DNA of 63,138 nt, filler included, from Dugesia japonica (GCA_001938525.1; 6 parts of 6 records of this genome joined end to end with filler, not necessarily neighbours in it); one strand, 5' to 3'. Positions 37,801 to 50,946 are shown, counted from the whole stretch's first letter. The notes: a model not told the origin generated them from the letters alone. Translations and numbers: made by a program.

Positions 37801-40307
37801 AAAGGGGGATCGAAAAAATTGCTCAAGGTTGGACACTTGTTTGTCAAAATGATCGATATTATTTTACTTACTAAATTTTGTTTTGAGAAATAAAATTTTA
37901 GTTGAAATTTCTTATAGCGAAAACGCACATTTTCTATGGGACAGCCTAATAAATTTATTAATATAAACAATTTAATTTAATTATTGTATACGAAGATGGC
38001 AGTTATGTTGTCGAAACATGTTATACAGAAATATACTAATATATTTAAATGGCGTTTCAAAGTTTTTATTAAAAAATTGCCATGTTTCTTTGATTATTTA
38101 AATTTAATACAGATTTTTTTATTCTGATAAATGTTGATCTATTTATACTAATTTCTTTATTATTCCATTTGAAAATTCATAAAAAAATTATCCCATAATG
38201 CATACTGACATTTACTAAAAGATTCTAGAAACATATTTATACAGTTACACAAAGAATAAAACTGTTGTAGAAATCTCTAGCTGATTTTGATTTAGTTCGC
38301 CTTTAATGTTTAATAATAAAAAATTACAGTAATATTTAAATGGTAAATAAATCAATATAATCCGTAACAATCATTACGAATAAATGACAATTAAAAATAA
38401 ATTAAGAGAAATAATTTAGATTTATTATTGATCTCATAATTACCATATAAAAATTAGAAATTTTTTCAAATAATTAGTTGAATTCCTCGGTAATGAACGT
38501 AAAATATCAAAAATAAATTACAATAAATTGAATATTTTTAAAATCTAGCTTAAAAAAATTTGCAAAATTTGAGTCAAGAATCTGAACATTAACCGATTAA
38601 ATTAAATGAAAATAAAAGTATTTTAAAATAATAAAAAGAAATGTATTGAATGAAAACATAAATATAATCCTTCATTCAATGACAATTTATCCTGTTTTAA
38701 CAAAAGCGCAAGGTTGTTATCTGAAAGAAAACATGTTAACCTTACCTAAGCAACTTTATTAATTAAAATCATTCAATTTACAATTGATTTATATTTGTGC
38801 CTGGTGTAGAAATATACAAGTTGTGATGTGTTTTAAAAATATTATTAATTAAGTGTAGTTTTCAAATAAATTTTAGTTACTTTATTGCTTATCAATAACA
38901 TGGCTTCACGAACATTGCTGGAATAACTTATCGATTGGTTAAATTAAAAAAAGTTGTTTTCCAAGAAATTTATAACCGGAAAAAATATTTCTATTCATAA
39001 AATTTGCTGAAGAAAAAAATATTGGGGATCCAACACAAGGCTCAGAGAAGTTATTGAAAAGTTTGGAAGAAGAAGCATTTTTCGAACTCCAATCAATTCC
39101 AGAGTTTAAATGCAATAAAGCAAATAACGAATAGCTGAAAACAAAATTAATTGAATTATATCATGTGAAGTCAACCAAGGTATCTCCAATAATTAATATT
39201 TTATACTTAAAGCAGGAAGATATGACTCTTATACAGTATCTAACTGCCACCAGAGTAGCTGGAATTTGAAGAATGCAAGACTATGATGAGTTTGATAGAC
39301 AGAAACTCTCTTATCAATATTTTTGAAAGGAGTAAATAATCGTTTGGCAGCCAGAGCTACGGAAATTATGAAACCAAACACTTTGAAAGCTTTTAATTTC
39401 ATGAAAAAGCAAGATAAAAGTCAATATAATTATAAATTGCGAATTATTAGCAATGACATCAACACAGAAAAATGGCAAGAAATGAAAATTTTAAAACGGA
39501 GAATAATTGAGCTTAAAAATCGTATAAAGTACTTGGAAAGAAACCATGAAACCGATTCTCCAAAGTATACAGTTCAAAAGATCAAACAAGAAATAAAATG
39601 CTAAAATTGCAATGAGAAAGGTTATATTGCTTGAAATTGTAACCAACCATTGCCATGCAGGAACTGTCAAAAATTCGGAAATATATCTCAATTTTGTCAA
39701 GCAGCAAAAAGAACCAATATTCAGAAAGAAACTTTTCGAAGGCTCGAAGAAACAAAAGTCAAATCCCAAACATATGATTAACTCTTAATGTGTTTTAATA
39801 ATATTTTTAATTAAGTGTGATTCTCTAATAAAATTTTAGTAACTTTATTGCTTATCAATAACACAAGTGTAATCGAATATTACTCGAGAATGTTATTAGA
39901 GAATAAAAATTTCATAATTAACAATAAAATAAAAAAAATCTATTTATGATTTTTCTATTTAAATATTGAAATTAAACAAAAAATATATTTTACAATAATA
40001 ATTATTGGAAGAATAATTGTTGCACTTTAACCATTAACTGCATTTGAGATTTCATTAAAATAAAATTAAATATAAACATTAAAAATATAAATATATCGAC
40101 ACGAATTTTAAATCATCAAAAAACATGGAATACAACATTACTTCTAAATCTAGTTATTCAGCTAATAGTTTACTTATTAAAAACACCTTAAAAAGCAATA
40201 AAACTAACGTTTCTGACACTGATTTCCTAAAGGACCCCAACAATAAGATTGATTAAAATTAGTCCATTTTCTACATTCATCTGAGCATTTATCACGAATC
40301 AACAAAT
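31847..40307 (-). CDS. egfr: EGFR/ErbB-family receptor, partial ectodomain; exons 40307-40209, 34940-34813, 34763-34628, 32257-32141, 31976-31847
   Basis: GT-AG exons with matching phases give CSDEC...YCWGPLGNQCQKQTLC...CCIDQCVGGCSG...KCISCKNMLNENKCVDMCP...KYHAGFFCSKSCPS...TCVHRCSEGY...CIKCYGDMC...LKNCTKIRGYIII (furin-like Cys-rich domain then L2). KY..G..C.K.CP fits EGFR rather than the insulin receptor; paralog not resolved. Confidence 0.88.
32710..33925 (-). mobile_element. Tc1/mariner element (maT/DD37D-like), decayed, inside an egfr intron
   Basis: NPRISMRSLAKSLKVSEETIRNIVHE, DEKNFDQD, VMVLGIVS...VMPPHF, KACKQFRSRVKAV..ADGGFFE*. Confidence 0.88.
35375..36005. mobile_element. Foldback/MITE-like element with long modular inverted arms
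   Basis: aatcggtggaaaagccta versus taggctttccgccgatt; inner ~20-bp subrepeats mirrored around an (AT)n-containing centre. Confidence 0.7.
36688..37949 (+). mobile_element. Mariner element of full-length size, decayed
   Basis: Degenerate TIRs with TA flanks; FLKSIVTIYEKWVLFNN, GILFFELL, INSDIYSTQL, NNTRPH, ILPHP. Confidence 0.88.
37985..38027 (+). ncRNA. Degenerate hammerhead motif (Penelope pLTR-like relic)
   Basis: tgtat-aCGAAGA-t-ggcag-ttatg-ttgtc-GAAA-catg-TT-ataca; core damaged; downstream tttaaatggcgtt shared with the 41381 copy. Confidence 0.5.
38822..39863 (+). mobile_element. 1.04-kb gag-only LTR element with ~79-bp LTRs
   Basis: LTRs 38822-38900 and ~39784-39863, 5-bp TSD caagt on both sides, PBS-like tggcttcacgaaca, decayed gag with two CCHC knuckles, no pol. 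Confidence 0.88.
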
Positions 40308-41380
40308 CTAGAAAAAAAACCAAATTTTGAACCAATTACTATAATAAAAACGATCTAATAAATCAAAATTTGCTAATCTGCTTTACAAAATTATAAAAGA
40401 AATTATCATCTGCGATTAAACAAGCTGAGTCTACAGAAGCAGTTGTAAAAAAATGTTTTCGTTTTCATTTTATTAAAAAAAAGTAAGTTACTTACTGTAA
40501 GTAACTCAATTCTCTGATATTTAAAGTATAACTGAATATAATTATTATATTTTTGTTTAAAATATTTATTTGTATAAATAATCAGGAATATTTATTTGTG
40601 ATTAAAAATATCAATTGAAAAAAAATGCAGAAAGAAATATTTCATCACCACATTTGTGTATATTCTCCAGAATTCGTCAGCTGATTAGAGGCATGCACCG
40701 AAAGTCTACAAAATCAATGCGCGTACACGAGTATAAATTTAGTGAGATTTAAATAGGCACACAAAATTTGTAGAGTTGTAGACTTCACATACTATAAAGA
40801 ATGTATAAATAGCACGCTGTTATAGCACAGGAAATTTATTGATTAATGGTTAAGTTTATATAAAATCTCAATTTTAATGGAATGCCTAAAATGGAATTAG
40901 ATGATAATTAAATTTCGATTCAATTTTCACACTGAATTTGACATGATTACTTAATCAGTGAATGACAAGAGAATCTCTATAAAAGCAAAATTAATAAATT
41001 AAATATCTGTAACATTTTGCGTCAATAATGTAAATTAACAAAATTAGTTTTTAGAAGTCAAAAACAAATACAAAATTTTTTTTGATTTTTTTTCTTAAAA
41101 AATGTAAAATTTCAATTAATTAAATTTTGAAATAATTTGCCACTTAATAGACCGTTCATTGTCCTTAATGATTTTCTTGTAAAATATCTTGAGATTCTAA
41201 ATAATGAAATAAATTTTCATAGTTAATTTCTTATCAATTTAGAAGTTTTATCTTGATTTACGAGAAAAATAATTCATTATTCATTATCAAGATAAAATAG
41301 GCCGAATATTTTAAATTTATCATTATTAATAATAATATTATTATTAAAAAATAAATAACGCCATTTAAAATAAAATTTAG

Positions 41381-41975
41381 TTGTTATATATTTCGACGGA
41401 TCAACCGTCATCAGACAAAAATGAAAAAATGAGTTTATTAAAGTCTAAATTATTTAAAACAAAGATTCAAGCAATTATACTGAATATAAGACAGCTATAA
41501 TTCTTAATTTTTTAAATTTAAATAATTTTTCAATAAAAAATTAATTTATATTTTAATAAAATATTTTTCTATAATAATATTTTATTAAAATCACTATTTT
41601 AAACCTGTATAAATCAGAAAAACCAAAAAAAAATGTTTTTCAAAAGTATTTAAAATTTTTAAAATTTGAATTTTTGTGCAGTCTACAACGTATGTAGCAT
41701 ACCACCCATTACATTTAAATTGATAAACAAAGTTAGAACACAAACCAATTGGGGTATGGGATTTATTAACAAAGCTATTATCCATCTTATGTCAAGTAGA
41801 AACCATTTTCAATAAAGGAAGATCCTTAGCAGATTTCAGAATCTAATTCTTAAACTTTTTAAAACCTTCAGAATAAGGAATCGGTAAAACAAATGGACCA
41901 ATACAGTTTGATAAAGTGTTATCAGGTTCAGGATTATTCAACACAGTTTCAATCTTTTTATCGAAATCAATTTGA
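41381..41975 (-). mobile_element. Penelope-like element 3' relic (GIY-YIG endonuclease plus hammerhead-like motif at 41381-41418)
   Basis: LPIPYSEG...FVNKSHTPIGLCSNFVYQFKCNGWYATYV; downstream ttgt-CTGATGA-cggttgatccgtc-GAAA-tata-TA-acaa. Confidence 0.82.
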
Positions 41976-42500
41976 TTACTTTAGTCAATATCGAATGACA
42001 TAATTGAAATCAAAAGAATCCAAGTAATTTGAAAAGTATTTATTTCAATAAAATAGATGATATAAACAAAATTAATTAAAATTTTTAATATATTTAATTA
42101 ATAATTTTCTTAGTGTAATACTACATCACTCCCCATTCAGATGGAGGAGCATTTAATATAAAGACTGAACAAATTATGTCTATGAAAATTCACTCTGCTT
42201 GTCCTCGTCACATTACTTCAATAACTTAGCCATCTTCATTTCTCCAAGATACCAGATATGGACCTTCATAGACTGGCTGTAGTGGTTTTCTTAATTTGCG
42301 TTTGATCCATACAAATTTGCTCGCCCGGGCTATGAAATTTCTGATCGAGACAAGAGCAAACTTATTAATCACATTAGCGCAGAACCCAACCTGGTACTGC
42401 ACAGGTTCATTTTCAACAACCATGATCCCAGACATCCTACTGAGATTGTCTTAAGGAGACGTTTGCAATGTAGAAAGTTTTTCTGAATGTTCTCCTTCAA
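41976..42500 (-). mobile_element. Gypsy 3' end (integrase GPY/F tail, PPT, short LTR)
   Basis: FVWIKRKLRKPLQPVYEGPYLV; gaatggggagtga followed by TGTAGT at ~42126. Confidence 0.75.
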
Positions 42501-42656
42501 TGGTGTGTTTTAATATAAATAAAATTTATTTTTAGGTGTCAAAATTTTCTTTTTTTNNNNNNNNNNNNNNNNNNNNNNNNNNNNNNNNNNNNNNNNNNNN
42601 TTAATTAATTAANNNNNNNNNNNNNNNNNNNNNNNNNNNNNNNNNNNNNNNNNNNN

Positions 42657-42886
42657 TTTAACCAATTTTAGTTTATTTTTGTTTATAAATTAATTAATTT
42701 ATTGGCATTAATTAATTTTTTTCTGTATTACTTTTTCTGGTTATTTCTTTTTTGAGTATTAATTTCTTTTAATTATTGGGCATAGTTAACTTCCATTTTC
42801 TTTCCACACTNCCTTTATTTCTTCTACTGTTGTATTTTGTGCTCTATCTTTTTTCTTGAGTTATTTAGGGGTGTTTCACCCCAACA
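42657..42886 (-). mobile_element. Start of an LTR-like sequence (TGTTGGGGTGAAACACCCC...)
   Basis: Hairpin terminus ggggtgtttcaccccAACA resembles those at 21127-21142 and 44261-44278. Confidence 0.45.
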
Positions 42887-42899
42887 TTATTAATAATAA

Positions 42900-44278
42900 A
42901 AAAATAGAAATATGAACAGTAATGTTAATAATAATAGTTTGAGTATGAATCAGTAATAACGATATGAATCTAGTACATTGACTACTCCTAATGGGTCTTC
43001 ATAGATGATGATAATAACTAAGACATGATCATTAAGGAGTCGAAGCATGGTTTATAATGTTTATCAACGACTGGGATATTAATGGATACGAACGAAAAGG
43101 TTTATTAATACTGGGTAATATAATAGTCTATAGATAATAATAATAATTTGAAAACGATATTATATCTCGATAAATGAAGCATTTTTAATGTTAGAATATT
43201 AGAAAATTTTAAAAAATAACTAAATAAACACTGTTATTTTCAATACATTTAATTAAAATACGGATAAGAATTACAAATACTAATGTACCTCTTGACTGCT
43301 ATGCTGGAACTGGAACAATAAATTTTGACTTAAAGAAAATGAAAAATCGATAGAATTGTAATTGAATAGGAATAGGAATTTAGAACTGGATTGTTAGCTT
43401 TACCGAGCTGTTTATTCTTTGATTATACGAGGGGTTGAGAATTTATTTTCTTGTTATGACTGAAACGAACGTAGAGCAACAATATCAATGATTTGGTGTT
43501 GGTATTGTTGAAGAGAATTTTCGAAATAATGAAGTTTCTCGATTAAATTTGCTACTGAATGGAAATCGTATTTATACTATGAAGTTGATGATTGATTTTG
43601 ATTCTTGGCAGGTTAATTTCCTGGATTCTCGAAATTAATGGACTACTTTCTGTATAAACTATTCGTGTCTAGATAATGGATCTTATATTCCGGAGATGAG
43701 TTGACGGTTCTACGGAAGCTTTCGTGCTGAAAATGGATTTCTGAAAAACGGTTAGATGATCATTAATTTTAAAATCTAATATGGGATATTCTGGAAATTG
43801 AAAATTTTAATTAGTCTTCTGATTGGCTGGAACGATTGATTAGGTGAGTTTTGAATTTGATTAATGGTGTTTTAATTAATCTTTTTTATTAATTAATTTT
43901 TGTGTTTTTCAAGACCCTTTTATAGTTGATTTTGGTCCCAATTCCAACCTCATTGGTTATTTGTTCTAAATTATTCCGTTAATTACTTCAAGAAATGTTT
44001 GATTTTCCAGAAAAATAAAAAAATTTGATGGTAATTTTATTTTGATTTACTTTTTAATTTTACCATTTTTTATAGATTTGTTTGTTATTTCTAATTGCAA
44101 TCCAGACAATTTGAAAATCATTTGACTTTCTTCCAAATATTTCGAGATATCTTGTAATTTGTAGTTGATTTTTTACAAATAAATTTTGTTTTTAATCTCG
44201 TTTTTAATTTCATTTATCCATTTTTCATTTGATTTGTATTTAATTTGGTTATATCATTGATTGGGTTCTGTCCCAACA
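42900..44278 (-). mobile_element. Solo LTR-like unit
   Basis: Begins TGTTGGGACAGAACCCAA; CCAAT boxes then gtataaatac at ~43570, the same layout as 19730-21142; distal end unclear. Confidence 0.5.
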
Positions 44279-44298
44279 ATAATAATAATAATATTAAT

Positions 44299-44506
44299 AA
44301 TTTATTTAAAATAAAAGCTTCGATCAAAAATTATTTTTATTATTTTTTTGAGATTGATTCTATATTTCGACTTTGTCTTCGTCAGGAATTGACTTTTTAT
44401 GACTTTAAAAAAGTCAATTCCTGACGAAAACAAAGTCGAAATATCGCATCAATCTAAAAAAAGCAATAAAATAATTTTTGATCGAAGCTTTTATTTTAAA
44501 TGAATT
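44299..44506. repeat. ~200-bp palindrome made of two inverted copies of the hammerhead-bearing repeat
   Basis: Minus-strand motif 44356-44391 (caattc-CTGACGA-a-gac-aaa-gtc-GAAA-ta-TA-gaatc) and plus-strand motif 44415-44450. Confidence 0.9.
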
Positions 44507-44567
44507 CTAAAAAATTATCAATGATTATGTCCAACAATTATTCTCGCAATAATTGTAATTGTAAAAC

Positions 44568-44598
<31 letters not shown>

Positions 44599-44660
44599 NN
44601 NNNNNNNNNNNNNNNNNNNNNNNNNNNNNNNNNNNNNNNNNNNNNNNNTAATAATAATAT
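44568..44660. repeat. (AAT)n microsatellite (interrupted by a gap)
   Basis: Direct. Confidence 0.95.
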
Positions 44661-45812
44661 CATTTCTTATAAGTAGTAAATAAAAACATATTTTGAATAA
44701 GTAATTGCAAATATAATTTTATATTAATATCGTCTTTTGTAATTATGTAAACATTTAAATGATAATAATAACAACAAATATTGTTTGAAAGGTCATGGTT
44801 TAATTGTGAAATTTCACACCGTAAAAAATACTATTTGAGACTATTATTTTCCATGAACAAATTGTAAAGAGTGTGCAAGTTCATAAATAATAAAAAATAT
44901 TTTATTAACGATAACAATTATCTTTTTGAATATTCACATGCCAATAAAAAATAATTAGGTATAAAAATTCCTACGTCTATAAAATTTCATTGTTTGCATG
45001 ATAAGTTCTTGTCACGGTATGAAAATTTTTGAAACAAGAAAAAATTCATTGTTTTCAATAAGGTCTGAAAATTCTCACGGTTAAAGAAAACACTTAATCA
45101 TATGGTCTCGATCCGTCATATCCACCTACTAATATTTTAATTTAATTTAATTAATTATAGATTACTTTAAATTTAATTTAACATTTATAATAATCTTTTA
45201 TTTTCCTACTTAAATGAATCACAATAAGCTTTAAAATGATTTTTTTTCATTAATTTACACTAAATTTCAATTAAAANTAATAANTGATTTTATGAATTCA
45301 TCTTCAATAAGAATGGAAAACATCTAATAAAACATTAAGAAAAATAATTTTCTATTTGTATTTATATGATAACCATTTTAATAAAATCATGTTCGTTTAC
45401 TAAATATTAATAAATTAATTAAAACATTGTTAAATCCATTTCATTTAATATATCAATAATTGATAAAAAATAATTAATATATAATATGTTAATATTAATG
45501 AAAGTACACTAATAAAAAAATTAATCATGGCTATTAATTTGTCAAATATAAAAAAAACAGAAAGCCAGCTGATAACATACAACATGATAATTTTATAATT
45601 CAAAAATAATTGATGTTATCTTATATCGTTGTAGTAAATCAACCAATTCCTACTCATACGGTTTCGTGCTTCATGTCTGTGTGTAACATTGATTATTTCA
45701 ATATTGATTAATAATATTAGTACTTTTAGTTTAACATATTTTTTATGCTTATATTATGAAATGATTAATAAATGACTTATAAATGAAATGACAAGTGCTA
45801 ATATAATATATT

Positions 45813-48800
45813 TGTGATATATTTAAATTATGATATTTAAATATATCTAAATTCAAATCATTGAATATTTAAAATTAAATATTTAAATGAATTTGATTTG
45901 TTTTAATATTGCTATTTTATGTAATGTCTATAAATGCCTTATTAGTTAATATCTACATTTATAAAACTTTACATTTAGAAACTTTACCTGTAGAAATTTA
46001 TGTTTAAAGAAAAGGAAGCTAAGTTGTTCAAGTTCAGAAAGGCCTATGAAAGCTCAGTCAATATTCGAGAACATCTAAAAAACGTCAAGGAATTTTATTT
46101 ATTCGATGCTTGTAGCATCACCGCAGAAGAGAGAATTACTATATTTAGTAAATATTTTGACGACAACTTGATGAAGGAAATAAAATGTGATCCAAGCTTT
46201 GAGAGTACGATATCAATTACTTGGAAAAATATCTTATCAATTTACTGGATGTTAAACCATCAAAAATTAACCAAGATATGCCGATACTTGAATTAATGCA
46301 GTATCGAGGAGAAAAAATAATGGATTTTGTTAAGCGTATTCGTATGGAGAGCAGAGTTTTATCTGACAAGAAAGAGGAAATTATGGTAAAAGCATTTATT
46401 AATTGCTTGGGTTCATAGAAAATTGGCAAATGCACTAAATATATTCGAACCAAAATCATTGGAAGAGGCTGTAGAAAGTATAAAAGATGATAGATGACTA
46501 CGAAACGAATGAAAATGTATTATGTAATATGCGCCAAGAGAATGAAACTATAAAGAATTTGAAAATTGAAATAGAAAAGTTAAAGAATGAAATTACCGAA
46601 CTAAAGAGGCATAATTACAAATCTCGTGCAACAAATGTGTTTTATAAAAATAGGAATAATAATGCACAAAGTTCTGAAAAACCCGAAAATGGATAACTGT
46701 GAGTAGACAAGAAACAAGAACATACTTTACAAGTGGTAAAAATGGCCATATAGCTAGAGATTGAAATATCAAAAAAATTTTCAGATGTGGGGGCGACCAT
46801 CTTAAAAGAAACTGCAAACATACAAGCAATCTAAGATACTATTATTAAGAATAAGAGCAAATATAATCCGTAATCAATGATGAAATAGAAGAAAATTACA
46901 GCGATTTAAGTGAAAATAAACCATCTTGGAACTCTCAAAAATCTACTGAACTAATTAAAACGTTTAAACCGTCACTTGAAGATAAGTATGTCAATTTTAT
47001 CGAAAGAAATGGAGCCCGACCAGTACAAACACTTAAGAAATTTGAACCAACACTAATATCAGTGTCAAGGCCAGAAAAAGCAAGAAATAAACCAATTGTT
47101 GAATGTCAGGTTGCAGGGATACCAGTAAAAACTAAGTTTGACATGAGCGCTGATTTGAATGTTATAAGTCATGAATTAGCCAAGCGTATCTGTAAAAAGA
47201 ACCCTGCTGTAAGAATTTTTAAATCTATGACAAAAGTAACATGCGCAAATGNTACAANAGAAGAATGTTTGGGGAAGATACAATTAAATATGTCAATTGG
47301 ACCTGTAATGACAGCACACGTGTTTGATATTATGCCAAATATATTTCCACATCTATATTGGATTAAGAAGCATGAAAAAATACGAAATAATGGTGGATGC
47401 AGCAAATGATAGAATAATAATGTTAAGATTCCATTTATTTCAAAAACAGTTCTACCTGAGTCAATAAAAAACTAACACCGACCGTGTTAATGAGTTGTAA
47501 TACGGTATTCGGAAAAGCAGAGACTCATGAGATTTATAATGATAATCAATGTTTTAGAAGAGGGGTATCTGAAAACGTAGATGCAAGTGGAATTGGTGAA
47601 TATTTTATCAGAAGCATGATAATGGACCACTCAGATTTGAAAATTACTTATGACATGAGTAAAGAATGTATTTTCATTGGAGATGAAGAGAAAATCGCCG
47701 TGCGGAAACGTTTATTAACAGATGGAATTACAATCGATAATAATGGATACATGTGGGTAAGAATATATATGTTAGAAGGCGGATGTAAAACTCTACACAC
47801 TGAAACTACACTCGGATATGAAGAAGAGTTTAATCAAAATGAAGAAGTGTTTGAAAAAATATCACTTAGAAAATTGTCCTCAGAAAAACAAAGAACAGAG
47901 GATGAAATTACAGACAATATACTGCAGAAAATTAAAAATGATATGGAAGTTACAAACAATTACTAAGATGCGGTCAAAACATTAGCAATCCTTGAAAGGA
48001 ATAAAGATTTATTTAGTCAATATAATATGGATGTGGGTAAAACTGATATGATTGAACATAAAATCCAAACAACCGATAGCAGACCAATTGCTTTCAAGCC
48101 ACGAAGAATACCATAAGAACTCGAAGAAGAAGTAGAACATGTGGTAAAAGATTTGATATATGTTGGTGTTGTAAAGCCGAGTACTTATCCATGCAGCTTT
48201 ACAATTGTAGTGGTGAAAAAGAAAAACGGTGATAACCGTATGTGTGTTGACTACAAGGCACTGAATGATCAAACAGAAACCGACCAATATTTCCAATACC
48301 ATCATCAGAGGAAATATTTGATAGTATTGTTGGAGCTAACTATTTTTCAACTCTAGACCTTTCAAGGTGGATATCGTCAAGTGCCGATAGCTAAAAAAGA
48401 TCAGGAAAAAACAGCATTCAGCACAAAGTTTGGACAATTTAATTTTGCACAATACGAATTTACCAGAATGCCGTTTGGGTTATGCTCAGCACCAGCGACA
48501 TTTCAGCGGTTTATGAATATTGTATTGAGAAATGAAAATTGTAAATAGTGCATAATATATTTAGACGATGTTTTAATATTCGGTAAAACTGTAGAAGAGC
48601 ATAATGAAAAACTAGATCAAATATTAAGAAGAATAAGAGAAGCTGGACCTAAATTAGCACCAAATAAATGTAAATTTTTACAGGAAAAAATACAATATCT
48701 CGGACATATAATAGCTAAATATGGAATTTCAACAGATTCTGATAAGATAATGGCAATCCAAAAATGGGAGATTCCTCAATGTCGAAAAGAACTTCAAACA

Positions 48801-50946
48801 TTTTTAGGGTTTTGTAATTATTATAGACGATTCATAAAGAATTATGCAAATTTATCAGAACTTCTCAGTTCGATGCTAAAGAAAGAAAACAAATTTCGGT
48901 GGACAGATGAAAATTAAGAATATTTTTACAAGCTACATAAAAGGTTGACAGAACCACCTGTGCTAGCTTGGCCAACAAAGGATGGAAAGTATATCTTGGA
49001 TACAGATGTTTCTCACAAAGAAATTGGTGCTGTTCTTTCTCAAGTACAAGATGGCGAAGAACGAGTATTATACTATGCATCGAAGACACTAACAAAAAGT
49101 CAGAAAAAGTACTGCATCACAAGAAAAGAGCTTCTGGCAATATTTGTGTTTGTCCTCAAGTTTCAGCACTATTTAATCGGATCACAATTTGTGGAACGAA
49201 CAGATAATCAAGCATTAAAATGGATGCTTAATTGGGATAGCCCAAATACGTCACAATACTGCATATGGAAAGTTGAACTGGAAATCTTTGATATGATCGT
49301 AGAATTCAGAAAAGATCGTGAACATATTAATGTTGATGCACTTTCACGATTAGAAGATTGCGAGCAGTGTTTAATAAAACATGAGGATCCAAAAAGGAAA
49401 AGAAAGGTTAAAATATACAAACCAACAGACAAAGATGAGGAACAATGTATACGCTCAGAAAAAGTTATAAACAAAATATACCAGGAAGATGAATGAGAAC
49501 AAAGAAAATATATAAATATACGAATAATATTACAGGCTCTAGAAAGAAACAAGAGAACACTTCGTAACGTAGAGGTAAATAAGGAAATACAATCGTATTG
49601 GGAGAAAAAGAAAGAAATGCGAATACGAGGTGAGATGCTATATTTAGAAAACGATGAGAAATATCATATTGTGCCCAGACATAAAAGAGAAGATGTCATT
49701 TGAAAATATCATAAGTTATTGGGTCATCCAGGAGTAAAGAAAACAACAAGACTTATCAAAAACTAGTATTATTGTCCGTGTATGGAAAAAAACATAAGAG
49801 AACAACTATCAAAATGTAAACAGTGTAGTGCGCATACATATATTAACGGAAGAATTAAAGTTCCATTGCAGAATATGTTTATATGTTTAATTCCATTACG
49901 AACAATAACAACTGAAGACATATGTGAAGCTCTTTGGATACATTGGATATCCAAGTTCAAAATACCTTAGAATTACTTGGATTGTGGTAGTAATTTTAGT
50001 TCAGGTGCATTTCAGTAATATTGCAAGCAATCTCCATATTACCCTCAAGGAAACGAATTAGTAGAAAGATTATTTAGAACCGCAAAACCTATGATTAGTG
50101 CAGTACTAGAAGACAGGCGAATTCAAGATTGGAGTACGGTTCTACCAATAATAGAATATGGATTATGAACAACAACACAAAAAACGGCTAAGTACACTCC
50201 GTATGAAATAGTATTTCGGAGGAAACTTAGAATTGATATATGGAACGCTGGAAGGAAAGAGGAAAACAAACATCACAAAGAATTCTGATCAATATGTAAA
50301 ACAATTAAAAAGAAATATTATAAATATTCATGACCATGTAAGAAACAATATTGAAAAACATAATGAAGTTACAGCAGCTAAATATGACAAACATCGGTAG
50401 TGAGATGAAATTAAATTTGATGATAAAGTTCTGATAAAAAACAATGCACATGATGGTTTTAAAAGGAATATATTGAACCATTTAAAGTAATAAAGAAAAT
50501 TAATGAATGAACTTACACTTTGGTTGATGAAAATAGAAACACTTTAATTAAACGAAACTAAAACCACATCAAAAGAATACCAAGAGATGAAATTTCTTAC
50601 AAGTCCTGGAGCACACAAATATCAGTAAGAAGCAAACAAAAAACAGCCTTACCAGTACAACCTGACCGACGAATTGAGATCGATATCAGGAAAAGTTATT
50701 CAGAAATAATGACAAGGAATTCGAATCCTCAATATCGATAAAGTAAAGGGAGGAATATATATATTTAAATTATGATAATTTTAAATATATCTAAATTCAA
50801 ATTATTGAATATTTAATATTAAATATACACAATATTAAAATGAATTTGATTTGTTTTAATATTGCTATTTTATGAAATATAATGTTAACTTGTTAAATAA
50901 CTTATTATTTAATATCTAAATTTATATAAAAATATTATCTATTACA
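45813..50946 (+). mobile_element. Ty3/Gypsy LTR retrotransposon, near full length but decayed
   Basis: LTRs ~45813-45980 and 50756-50946, PPT aaagggaggaa, gag CCHC relics, protease FDMSADLNVI, RT RMCVDYKALN/RMPFGL/YLDD, RNase H LDTDVS...YCITRKELLA, integrase HKLLGHPG...CKQC. Confidence 0.95.
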
